Source of the DNA: an uncultured virus (IMG/VR IMGVR_UViG_3300010883_000002)
Taxonomy: Duplodnaviria; Heunggongvirae; Uroviricota; Caudoviricetes
Reading direction: 5' to 3' (one strand)
DNA length: 64,000 nucleotides
IMG/VR virus record: IMGVR_UViG_3300010883_000002
The notes under the pieces were generated by a model, which had not been told where the DNA came from, did no database searches, and worked only from the letters and a program-made list of their open reading frames with translations. A program made the translations under genes and the position numbers. Shown here in pieces: positions 55,487 to 64,000 of this stretch (position 1 is the first letter of the stretch; each line of letters starts with the position of its first letter).

Positions 55487-56272
55487 GTGCATATATCATT
55501 TTCTGAATTAAAAAATTGGGATTTTTGTCCTCATTATCACAAGCTGGTCAACCTTGACAAGCTTAAGTCTTTTGAGGGAAATCATTATACAGCTTTTGGA
55601 ACTGCCATGCACACTGTTTGTGAGCGTGGGCTTTTGGAGGAAAATCTTAACTTAGCTGAAACTTTTGAAGAGGCTTTTCTTGATGAGCTTCGCAACCTTC
55701 CGAAGAATATTATTGAGGGCTTGAAAAGAAAAGATATTGAAGATATGCGTGTGCAAGGCAAAACACTTGCGCCGCTCGCAATACCAGCCCTTAAAGCCTA
55801 CTTCGGAGAAGGATATGAAGTTCTTTCGACAGAAGAAAATTTGATGGAGTTAATAAAAAGTTACCCAGAATACAACTTCAAAGGCTTCATTGATTTGGTT
55901 GTAAAAGATTCTGATGGTATGACTCACATCATTGATTGGAAAACTTGTTCGTGGGGTTGGGATGCTAAGAAAAGGTCTGAACCAATGATAACATATCAGC
56001 TAACATTGTATAAGCATTTTTATGCACAAAAGCATAATGTTGATCCTTCTAAAGTTGAAACACACTTTGCACTCTTGAAAAGAACAGCAAAGAAAAACAA
56101 TGTAGAATTTTTTAGAGTAACCAGCGGTAAGAAAAAGACAAACAATGCTTTAACTTTAATGGATACTGCATTGTCTAATATTACTAAAGGGAATCACCCG
56201 AAGAACCGACTTTCATGCCGTGGGCGTTATGGAAACTGTGAATTTCTTAATACGTCCCACTGCCCCAGATAG
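55487..56272 (+). CDS. PD-(D/E)XK Cas4/RecB-like exonuclease
   Basis: SFSEL...CP, FGTAMH, KGFIDL, IIDWKT, QLTLY, three C-terminal Cys; start uncertain. Confidence 0.88.
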   Translation: MHISFSELKNWDFCPHYHKLVNLDKLKSFEGNHYTAFGTAMHTVCERGLLEENLNLAETFEEAFLDELRNLPKNIIEGLKRKDIEDMRVQGKTLAPLAIPALKAYFGEGYEVLSTEENLMELIKSYPEYNFKGFIDLVVKDSDGMTHIIDWKTCSWGWDAKKRSEPMITYQLTLYKHFYAQKHNVDPSKVETHFALLKRTAKKNNVEFFRVTSGKKKTNNALTLMDTALSNITKGNHPKNRLSCRGRYGNCEFLNTSHCPR

Positions 56273-56281
56273 GAGAATATT

Positions 56282-57565
56282 TTGAGCGATAAAAAAATTA
56301 AATTATTGACACTAGGTGATCATCCGTTTTCACCATCCGGTGTCGGTGGACAGACGAAGTTAATGATTGAGGGACTGTTAGAAACTGGAAAATACAGTGT
56401 AATCAGTTTGGGAGGTGCGCTTAAGCACCCAGACCCTCAGCCCGTTAATGTAGAGAAGTGGGGTGGCGACTGGAAAATCTTTCCGGTAGGTGGGAAAAAC
56501 AACACTGATATTTTTGGAACACCAGAGATTGTTCGGTCGATTCTGAGAACGGAAAGAATAGATGTTGTGTGGATTATGACTGATCCCCGTTGGTGGAAAT
56601 GGCTTTGGCAAATTGAAGACGAGATCAGAGCACACGCTCCAATAGTTTATTATCACGTTTGGGATAATTATCCATATCCACAATACAATAAGGTTTTTTA
56701 CAATTCAAACGACACAATTGTAACCATTTCAAAACTAACAAGTGATATTGTTAAGAACGTGGCACCAGATGTGCCGGAAGTATATCTTCCTCACACTGTC
56801 GATACGAACGTGTTCAAGAAATTTGACGAAGAGGAAGTTGAGAAGTTCAGAGCTTCGTCGCTTGGCGAAGAATACAAAGACAAGATGTTGTTCTTCTGGA
56901 ATAATCGCAACGCCCGACGTAAAATGAGCGCAAGCGTTCTGTGGTGGTTCAAAGAATTTCTGGACGAGGTGGGGGAAGATAATGCTGCAATGATTATGCA
57001 TACAGACCCCACAGACCCGCACGGGACTGACCTTCCAGCAGTCTTAGAAGACTTGGGGCTAACCAATGGACAAATCATGTTGTCTACTATGAAATACTCC
57101 CCAGAACACTTAGCTATGCTTTATAACATGGTTGATTGTACAATTAATATTGCAGACGCAGAAGGCTTCGGTCTTTCTACGTTGGAATCTCTTGCATGTG
57201 AAACTCCAATTATAGTTAATTTAACTGGTGGCTTGCAAGAGCAAGTAACTGATGGTGAAGCTTGGTTCGGAATTGGGATTGAACCTTCTTCTAAGGCAAT
57301 CATTGGTTCACAGCAGGTTCCATATATTTATGAAGATCGGGTGAGCCGAGAAGACGTATTGTCAGCATTTCACCAAATCTATAATATGGAAAAAAGCGAA
57401 CGACGTAAGTTGGGGATGTTTGGAAGACAGCATGTCTTAAACAACTATGGATATGAAAACTTTTGCAAGCAGTGGGATACTATCATATCCGAAGTGCATG
57501 AAAAGTTTGGTTCATGGGAAACTCGCCAAGGTTATAGCCGTTGGGAATTAAGAGAGGTATCATGA
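56282..57565 (+). CDS. GT4 (GT-B) glycosyltransferase
   Basis: SGVG, NRNARRK, EGFGLSTLESLACETPII. Confidence 0.9.
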   Translation: MSDKKIKLLTLGDHPFSPSGVGGQTKLMIEGLLETGKYSVISLGGALKHPDPQPVNVEKWGGDWKIFPVGGKNNTDIFGTPEIVRSILRTERIDVVWIMTDPRWWKWLWQIEDEIRAHAPIVYYHVWDNYPYPQYNKVFYNSNDTIVTISKLTSDIVKNVAPDVPEVYLPHTVDTNVFKKFDEEEVEKFRASSLGEEYKDKMLFFWNNRNARRKMSASVLWWFKEFLDEVGEDNAAMIMHTDPTDPHGTDLPAVLEDLGLTNGQIMLSTMKYSPEHLAMLYNMVDCTINIADAEGFGLSTLESLACETPIIVNLTGGLQEQVTDGEAWFGIGIEPSSKAIIGSQQVPYIYEDRVSREDVLSAFHQIYNMEKSERRKLGMFGRQHVLNNYGYENFCKQWDTIISEVHEKFGSWETRQGYSRWELREVS

Positions 57566-58755
57566 AAAAGGTTTTAGTAAGAGGACCAGCACTTTCACGT
57601 TCTGGTTATGGGGAACATACAAGATATGTTTTGAGAGCTTTGCGTACAAGCAAAGACGTAGATTTATATTTTGTTAATACAAATTGGGGCGAAACCAGTT
57701 GGTTGTTTGAAGACAACGAGGAACGAAAGTGGATTGATTCACTCTTGTTAAAAACAATTGAGAAGCTTCAAGTTGAAAAAACGTTTGATATATCTGTACA
57801 GGTTACTATCCCAAATGAATGGGAAAAGATTGCTACTGTTAATATTGGCGTCACCGCTGGCATAGAAACAACAAAGATTTCTGATGCGTGGGCACAACGA
57901 AGCTATGTCGTTGATAAAATTATTGTTCCTTCTGAACATGCAAAGAACGGCTTTACAAGTTATAAAAAGGAATTTCCCGTACCGAACTCAGAAGAGGTAA
58001 GGGAAGTAAGATGTGTTACTCCTGTTGAAGTTGTTCCATATCCTTTCAGAGATATTAGTGGAGCAGAGGTCGAATTGAATCTCCCGACAGAATTTAATTT
58101 TTTGTCGGTGGCTCAAATCAGCCCACGAAAAAATATCGAAGCAACAGTGGTGGGCTTTGTAGAAGAGTTTTATAATGAGAACGTTGGGCTGGTGTTGAAG
58201 GTCAACATTAAAAACAACTCACTCATTGATAGATTCCATACTGACGGCGCAATTAAAACATTGCTTGAACAGTACAAGGATCGAGTGTGCAAGGTTTATT
58301 TGTTGCACGGAAATATGACCGACGAAGAAATGGTTGGTCTTTACAGACATTCTAATATAAAGGCAATGGTGTCGATGACTCATGGGGAAGGATTTGGTTT
58401 ACCTATTTTTGAAGCTGGCTGCAATGAGCTTCCTATTATCGCTCCTGTGTGGAGTGGGCATAGCGACTTTGTTAATGCTCCTGTAGGAAAGAAAGGCAAG
58501 GTTAAGACATTAATTTCAGAAGTAAAATATACTCTGGACAAGGTTCAGCCTACCCAAGTTTGGGAAGGTGTGATCGAGGCTGACGCTGACTGGTGTTATC
58601 CAGATATAAGCGATTATAAGAAAGTCCTTAGAGGTGTTTATAACAATTATGAACAGCATTTAACTAAGGCAAAGAAGCTTAGCAAACATCTTGCGGAAAA
58701 CTACAAGCAAGATGAGCTATACGATAAGTTAATAACAAACATTTTGGAGGTGTAA
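57562..58755 (+). CDS. GT4 (GT-B) glycosyltransferase
   Basis: SRSGYG, PRKN, GEGFGLPIFEA. Confidence 0.9.
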   Translation: MKKVLVRGPALSRSGYGEHTRYVLRALRTSKDVDLYFVNTNWGETSWLFEDNEERKWIDSLLLKTIEKLQVEKTFDISVQVTIPNEWEKIATVNIGVTAGIETTKISDAWAQRSYVVDKIIVPSEHAKNGFTSYKKEFPVPNSEEVREVRCVTPVEVVPYPFRDISGAEVELNLPTEFNFLSVAQISPRKNIEATVVGFVEEFYNENVGLVLKVNIKNNSLIDRFHTDGAIKTLLEQYKDRVCKVYLLHGNMTDEEMVGLYRHSNIKAMVSMTHGEGFGLPIFEAGCNELPIIAPVWSGHSDFVNAPVGKKGKVKTLISEVKYTLDKVQPTQVWEGVIEADADWCYPDISDYKKVLRGVYNNYEQHLTKAKKLSKHLAENYKQDELYDKLITNILEV

Positions 58756-58756
58756 A

Positions 58757-59023
58757 ATGAAACTTAGTAATCAAGCAATGAGTTGTATTATGTTCGCTCT
58801 ACAGAAGAGCTTATTTGAACAGACGGATATTGTTCCTGTATTGGAAGGATTTGAATTTCAAAAGGGTCAAGAAACAAAGAAGTGGGGAAGTAAGAACGGT
58901 GAATTAGATGTAATAAACCCGCCTAATTTCACGTTTTCTGAGGGCGCTCTAGAGACTTTGGCTGGTGAGGAAAGTCCTGTTCTGGCTGACGATTACGGTC
59001 GTGAAGATCGCAATAAGGGTTAG
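58757..59023 (+). CDS. Conserved phage hypothetical protein
   Basis: GGAGG SD; MKLSNQA...ALQKSL...NPP. Confidence 0.65.
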   Translation: MKLSNQAMSCIMFALQKSLFEQTDIVPVLEGFEFQKGQETKKWGSKNGELDVINPPNFTFSEGALETLAGEESPVLADDYGREDRNKG

Positions 59024-59028
59024 AACAC

Positions 59029-59280
59029 ATGCCCAAATATGCCTACTGCTGTAGCGAGTGTAAGGATTCTTTTGAAGTCTGGCATTCGATAAAAGAGGAA
59101 TACAAAACGTGTCCAGAGTGTCATAGGGATACTCTGGAGCGTATTCCTTCGCTCGCTAGATTAACATCTAGAGAACAAAAAGAAGAGCAGGTTGGAACTG
59201 TTGTAAAGCAGTTTATCGAAGAGGCAAAAAGGGAAATTGATTCTGATAAGGAAGCTTCCAGAGAGGAATATAAAACATGA
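59029..59280 (+). CDS. FmdB-family zinc-ribbon protein
   Basis: MPKYAYCCSEC...FE...CPEC...LERI. Confidence 0.8.
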   Translation: MPKYAYCCSECKDSFEVWHSIKEEYKTCPECHRDTLERIPSLARLTSREQKEEQVGTVVKQFIEEAKREIDSDKEASREEYKT

Positions 59281-59633
59281 TGGGCGTAGGATTAGAAATA
59301 ATATTAATTGTGAGTCTTGTAGCAACAGCCAGCTTTTCGGCTGTAATGATTTGGTACACAAAAAGAATAATTCAGCGACTCTGGCACGTCAAGACGATGG
59401 CAGAGGATGCACAGGATGCGGTGTCTTTTTACAACGAAAAGCTAGAAGAGCTTTGTGGCTATACTTTATATCAAGACGAGCCTATTATTAAGGATTTGAT
59501 TAAAAGGACTGGCGACCTAAAAGAATACTTAGAAGAGTGGCGCACAATGGCTGAGGATGTTTTCCCCCTCTCTGATGATGACGAACAACAAAAATTAGAT
59601 GAAGGAGAATCTGAATATGAGCGAGCAGAATAA
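59277..59633 (+). CDS. Membrane-anchored hypothetical protein
   Basis: N-terminal TM helix; acidic tail. Confidence 0.65.
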   Translation: MMGVGLEIILIVSLVATASFSAVMIWYTKRIIQRLWHVKTMAEDAQDAVSFYNEKLEELCGYTLYQDEPIIKDLIKRTGDLKEYLEEWRTMAEDVFPLSDDDEQQKLDEGESEYERAE

Positions 59634-60450
59634 TGAACCCAAAACGGATTTAATTCCAGAGGGCGTGACAACCAAAGCAGAAGTCAAGGTAGTGAAAAAG
59701 CGTAGAACCTTTAGGAGAAGTAAAACCAAGGGAACGAAAAATCATTACTTCACAAAAGTACATGAACAGGCAATTCTAGATTATTGTGCCAGCACCGACC
59801 AACGTGAGCGTGAAAGATTATATAGAGATTTGATCGGTCCAGCTTTAAGTGAATTGGTTGATAAAATTGTTTTTACATATAAATTTACAACGCTGCCAAA
59901 TTGTGATGAGTTGAGACAAGAATGTAAAATATGGCTCACGACAATTCTCCCCAAATTTGATCCATCCAAAGGTTCAAAAGCATTTTCTTATTTTAGCGTC
60001 ATTACAAAAAATTGGTTTATTCATAAGGTAAAAAAGAACCAGTACGCTAGGAGGAAGGAAATCCACTTTGACCAAATCCCAAAATTGGTGGAGCAAAAAC
60101 ATCTTTCTGTAGTTAACGCATACATCCCTGCAAGAGAAAAAGCTGAATTCTGGGCTTCTCTAGAGTGTGAAATGAATGAGTGGGCAAAAATGCCCATGAA
60201 GGCAAATGAGGAACGGGTTTATAAAGCTTGTAGAATCTTGCTCCAGAATCCAGATGAGATAGAAATTTTCAATAAGAAAGCTATTTATCTATACATTCGG
60301 GAGATGACTGGGTTAAACACTAAGCAAGTTGTTAATAATCTCAATAAGCTCAGAACGAAGTATAAAAGCTTCAAGGAAGACTGGGACACAGGGAAAATTA
60401 ATTACGATCTTAGCGACATGGAGAAAAAGGGCGATGGCGAAGAAGGGTGA
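59617..60450 (+). CDS. Phage late sigma factor (T4 gp55-like)
   Basis: HYFT..., KFDPSKGSKAFSYFSVITKNWF resembles sigma region 2 of the gp55 family; AAGGAG SD before ATG 59617. Confidence 0.75.
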   Translation: MSEQNNEPKTDLIPEGVTTKAEVKVVKKRRTFRRSKTKGTKNHYFTKVHEQAILDYCASTDQRERERLYRDLIGPALSELVDKIVFTYKFTTLPNCDELRQECKIWLTTILPKFDPSKGSKAFSYFSVITKNWFIHKVKKNQYARRKEIHFDQIPKLVEQKHLSVVNAYIPAREKAEFWASLECEMNEWAKMPMKANEERVYKACRILLQNPDEIEIFNKKAIYLYIREMTGLNTKQVVNNLNKLRTKYKSFKEDWDTGKINYDLSDMEKKGDGEEG

Positions 60451-60757
60451 TAAAAATTATTTAGAAGAGGCGATTCAAAATATTAGGACGGATCGTGCCG
60501 CTGCTTCTTCCCTTCTTACCGAGTTGATGCGTCACATGCAGCAACAAGGAAAACATAGCCACCAAGAATACGGAACAATATGTGCGAAGTATCTTGAAAC
60601 TCTTCAACGTTCTAATGAGCAATTGGTAAAAATAACCTCGATTCTTAGTAAAGAAACGTCTACCAAAGTCGGTCTTTCTTCTGAAATGAAAGAAGAAATA
60701 TTCGACATTATCCAAGATGGTGGTAGCGTCGAGGGAGACACCGAGGACGATGGATGA
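60434..60757 (+). CDS. Hypothetical helical protein
   Basis: KYLETLQRSNEQLVK; start ATG 60434. Confidence 0.65.
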   Translation: MAKKGDKNYLEEAIQNIRTDRAAASSLLTELMRHMQQQGKHSHQEYGTICAKYLETLQRSNEQLVKITSILSKETSTKVGLSSEMKEEIFDIIQDGGSVEGDTEDDG

Positions 60758-63700
60758 TACCAAACGAACTTATGCCTTTGGCGACCTAAATCCATTTGAG
60801 ATCAAAAAATCACAACGGTTTTTTGATCCTCACAACAGTGACCCATTACATGCGATGCGTGAAGCAGCCCTTGAAAATATGGCTGGTGACGCTCTTGCGA
60901 ACACAGGTCCATATGTGGGTGTAGTCCTTCGTGTTGAAAACGAGATGAACACTACGGCACCACCAGCAGAGTCATGGCTGGCGGCTTTCTTCGGTGAGGG
61001 CGCACGTTTAAATGAAGGCGAAGAACCACTAGAGGCTATGCCATCTCCGCTCGCTCAGTATAAAGTAAGAATTCCAGAAATTCATTCTATGCTTCCAGAC
61101 CCAGACGAATATGTTCCTGCTTCACAGAAGAGTCCGTGGCATAAGTTAATCAACATGTATCCAACATTCATTTCGATGGATTCGGAAGCCTTGCCTGCAA
61201 AGGAGGGTGATTTAGTTTGGGTTGACTATAAAGATAAAGTTAACTTTGAAGATCCATATTATATTAAACCTGTTTTCGCAGAACCTCAACCGGGGTCCAC
61301 GGGTGCTGGCAACGCCGCAGCCGATGCCTTTAATTGTAATAGTAAAAGTGGCAGTCGGCGCACGGGCAAAGGCGGTCCCGGTGGTGGTGGAACCACAGGT
61401 CCATCTGGCGGCGGCTTAGAATATTTATCAGAGAACGCAAAAGAGGCGTTGAAAAAATCAGGCGAAACTTATCAAAAGTTTCCAAATTCAATGTATGCCG
61501 CACTTTCAGTTCAGAAAAAAAATTGCAAGGCAGACCCAATGCACATGAGGCTGGAGGGCGTTGATAAAATTTCAGAACTGGATGGCTATGGAGACGCCAG
61601 ATGTGTAAACTGTTGGGGGTCATCGCCGTTCCCGGTTGTTGGCTCAAGATGGACTCCTGACCAAGCTCACGCATATAGAGAGGGTTTCGTTGCGTATGTT
61701 GCAAACGGCGGTCGTGGGGCAGCTAAGTCTGGGAAGCTCGGTCTTAATTGTACGGCACATCTAAATTCTAGGCTGTCAAAAATGATGCTAGGGCACCGCT
61801 TGGCGTGCGAGGATCAGGCGGCAAGAGGGTACAGTTGGGGCGGCAAAACTTATGATTGGAACAAATGTGGTATTGATTGTTCTGGCTTTTCCTTCATGGT
61901 TCGTGTTCTCACAGAAGTAATGATTAGTACAGATGGCAACTTTGATGGATTTGGAAATCAGAGGTTTAAGGGAGATACCAGAATGGGGATGGGCACCGAC
62001 AAAGCCACTGCAAAAACATCTAATACGTTTCCCGGCATTGAAGATTCAAATTTAGAAATTCCTTGGTCAATGGCTGAATATGGTAGTGGACCCCGCAAAG
62101 CTTGGCGCAAGGATATTAAAAAGCGTAAAAGAAAAGGTCAGCTTTATTGCAAGAGCAAGTATTCATGTTATGGAAATTATACATCTGCGACAGTTCAAAA
62201 ATGGAGGGCGGGTCTTTATCACAACGTTCACGGATTGGAAGATGCAAATGAACCATATAAGCACGGCACGCACGCACCACTGATGCCCGGTGATCAATTG
62301 TTGTGCTGCGGCGGCAGTTCGCACCGAGCTACAAATAAAAAAGGATTTGGTACAAGACACAGCGGCAAAATGGATTTTAGACATGATAATGGAATTAGCC
62401 ATGTTGTAACAGCGTTCTGCGGTGCTGATGGTCAATTATATATTGGTGAGTCAGGCGGCAGCTTTTCTGGAGTCGGTGCAACCCCCGTGGATGTTTATTT
62501 TGAAAAGAAGCACAGAATGGTCCATTGGGCGTGGGAGATGGAAGAGTGGCACCGTGCATGGACAGAACACCCTGATGGCAGACCAACTGAAAAATGGACT
62601 CCAGAAATGGCAAAAAAGTATTGCCCAGATGTTTTTGGAGATCCACCAGCAAATCTAGACGAACAAGCCACCGGAGATAAAGAAAAAACCGAGGGTGAAA
62701 ATAACCCCGGCACAGATGCAGTTGACGCTGAAACACAAAAAGCCAACCCACCAGAGGAAGGTACAAAACCAGCCGAGGGGGAAACTCAGATAGAGCCGAA
62801 GCCAGAAGGAGACAAGGAAGAAGAAACAGATTCAACGGACACAAAAAAGGCAGCAGAAGAAAAAGAAAAAGCAGAAAAATGTGCCGCAGAAAATAAACAA
62901 AAGTTGGAGACTGAGAGAGAACACCTTGTTAAGATTCAACGGGGTCTGGGAAAAATTGTAGACGCTCCCGGTCTTTTCACCGGAGATAAGGTCGCACCGT
63001 TTGATGATACCACAGAGGCAAAGGGTGAGATGTTTGAGCTTAGAAAAGGGTTTCAGGCACCTGACCCCATCGACTCCGAACAAACAAAAGATACATGGCT
63101 GATGCCAACGGAAGAAGATGGAGATAATTTTGAAACTGGTGAAACAAAACTTCCCATTACTAAAGAAGATGTGATTCGTGTCGGTGAAGAAGAGGGCTGG
63201 TTTACTGATACTCCAATGTATCTTGCCTCTCCAAAATATCTTGGAGAAAACACTCAGGATGAAAAAGAAAAAATTGGCGAAACTACACAGATTAGAAAAG
63301 CACTTATAGATCAATATGCAACTAGAATAAAAAATATTGACGACAAATTAAAAGAAATAGAGAAGGAATGTAAAGACGAAGAAAAGGACGACAAAGATAA
63401 AGACCAAGAGGCGTCATCAGGAGCACCCGCCAGTGCCCCTTGTAAGCCCGGTGGCGGCGGCGGAAACTCTTCTAGGGGCGGTGGCGGCGGCGCTGACGCT
63501 TCTCCAAATAACAACCGAAGAAAACCGGACCCAAACACAACGGCTGATGCTTCAACAGGCTCAGCTACAATGGATTATAGTCAGGTTCAATATTTGGGCG
63601 AAGACATAGCAACTTCAGAACCAAGAGCCAAGTTGGTAAGAATTGATTTTGATGAGATCAGATATGACTTCCCCACGGGCAAAGGTGGCACATCGGCAAA

Positions 63701-64000
63701 GCTTAGAGAAGATGCAGCACACAATATGCTCAAGGCAAAAGAGGTGGTAAATAATCTTGGAGGAATAATTTGTCACATCGGCACGTTGAGAAATGTAAGT
63801 AAGCCATGTACCTCCCAGAACTGTAGTTCAACCTCTTTTCACTACACTGGGATGGCACTCGATCTTTATACTCACGCAGGAAGTATTTATTCTAAGGCTG
63901 ATGTTGACAAATGTGAGTACATCATTGAATATGATAACAACGAGGTCAGCAGTAAAGGTGATCCGTATTTCATTGTGTGGGCACGTTCAGATAAGCCGGG
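60750..64000 (+). CDS. Virion-associated multi-domain peptidoglycan hydrolase (gp5-like OB N-terminus + NlpC/P60 + M15 peptidase), 3'-truncated
   Basis: Frame open in all stretches read by hand to the window end; YKVRIPEIH/EGDLVWVDY; YSWGG...GIDCSGF...LMPGD...ISHVV; SFHYTGMALD. Confidence 0.82.
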   Translation, partial: MDDTKRTYAFGDLNPFEIKKSQRFFDPHNSDPLHAMREAALENMAGDALANTGPYVGVVLRVENEMNTTAPPAESWLAAFFGEGARLNEGEEPLEAMPSPLAQYKVRIPEIHSMLPDPDEYVPASQKSPWHKLINMYPTFISMDSEALPAKEGDLVWVDYKDKVNFEDPYYIKPVFAEPQPGSTGAGNAAADAFNCNSKSGSRRTGKGGPGGGGTTGPSGGGLEYLSENAKEALKKSGETYQKFPNSMYAALSVQKKNCKADPMHMRLEGVDKISELDGYGDARCVNCWGSSPFPVVGSRWTPDQAHAYREGFVAYVANGGRGAAKSGKLGLNCTAHLNSRLSKMMLGHRLACEDQAARGYSWGGKTYDWNKCGIDCSGFSFMVRVLTEVMISTDGNFDGFGNQRFKGDTRMGMGTDKATAKTSNTFPGIEDSNLEIPWSMAEYGSGPRKAWRKDIKKRKRKGQLYCKSKYSCYGNYTSATVQKWRAGLYHNVHGLEDANEPYKHGTHAPLMPGDQLLCCGGSSHRATNKKGFGTRHSGKMDFRHDNGISHVVTAFCGADGQLYIGESGGSFSGVGATPVDVYFEKKHRMVHWAWEMEEWHRAWTEHPDGRPTEKWTPEMAKKYCPDVFGDPPANLDEQATGDKEKTEGENNPGTDAVDAETQKANPPEEGTKPAEGETQIEPKPEGDKEEETDSTDTKKAAEEKEKAEKCAAENKQKLETEREHLVKIQRGLGKIVDAPGLFTGDKVAPFDDTTEAKGEMFELRKGFQAPDPIDSEQTKDTWLMPTEEDGDNFETGETKLPITKEDVIRVGEEEGWFTDTPMYLASPKYLGENTQDEKEKIGETTQIRKALIDQYATRIKNIDDKLKEIEKECKDEEKDDKDKDQEASSGAPASAPCKPGGGGGNSSRGGGGGADASPNNNRRKPDPNTTADASTGSATMDYSQVQYLGEDIATSEPRAKLVRIDFDEIRYDFPTGKGGTSAKLREDAAHNMLKAKEVVNNLGGIICHIGTLRNVSKPCTSQNCSSTSFHYTGMALDLYTHAGSIYSKADVDKCEYIIEYDNNEVSSKGDPYFIVWARSDKP

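Noticed and set aside
55487..56272. CRISPR-Cas system around the Cas4-like gene
   Set aside because: No repeat-spacer array or other cas genes seen; solo Cas4-like nucleases are common in phages.
60750..64000. Apparent ORF fragmentation suggesting a pseudogene or stop-codon recoding
   Set aside because: One + frame is open to the window edge. Giant ORFs are intact in code 11 and TAA, TAG and TGA all terminate genes.

Overview
This is a 64-kb slice of a large (jumbo-type) tailed bacteriophage genome in the standard genetic code, almost entirely + strand. Evidence: sigma70 promoters, Shine-Dalgarno sites, tmRNA, tRNAs, PhoH and a gp55-like sigma factor. 1-19.6 kb is an early/accessory region with a MoxR-type AAA+/metallopeptidase-vWA pair, a repeated sigma70 promoter-leader cassette, three candidate structured ncRNAs, an overlapping array of small 'MKVGDLV' genes, FkbM, a Stealth-GT2 fusion, a fatty-acid hydroxylase, a DEDDh exonuclease and an HAD nucleotidase. 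19.6-46 kb is late-like: acidic putative head-internal (poly)proteins, two giant Cys-rich proteins (2417 and 3249 aa) and a 980-aa multi-enzyme fusion. 46.5-49.7 kb is a translation island (tmRNA, ClpP, six tRNAs, SET protein). It is followed by two lipoproteins, PIN-PhoH, a Cas4-like nuclease, two GT4s, the late sigma factor and a NlpC/P60+M15 lysin that runs off the window end. The top finding is a 97-nt tRNA-Ile with two anticodon-like arms (UAU in the normal position, a canonical CUGAUAA/GAU loop in the variable arm). Also notable: ORFs whose stop codons lie inside tmRNA/tRNA, the dual-coding junctions of the MKVGDLV array, and a CTA(A/T/G)TTA late-promoter motif. All family calls come from motif recognition by eye; no searches were run.
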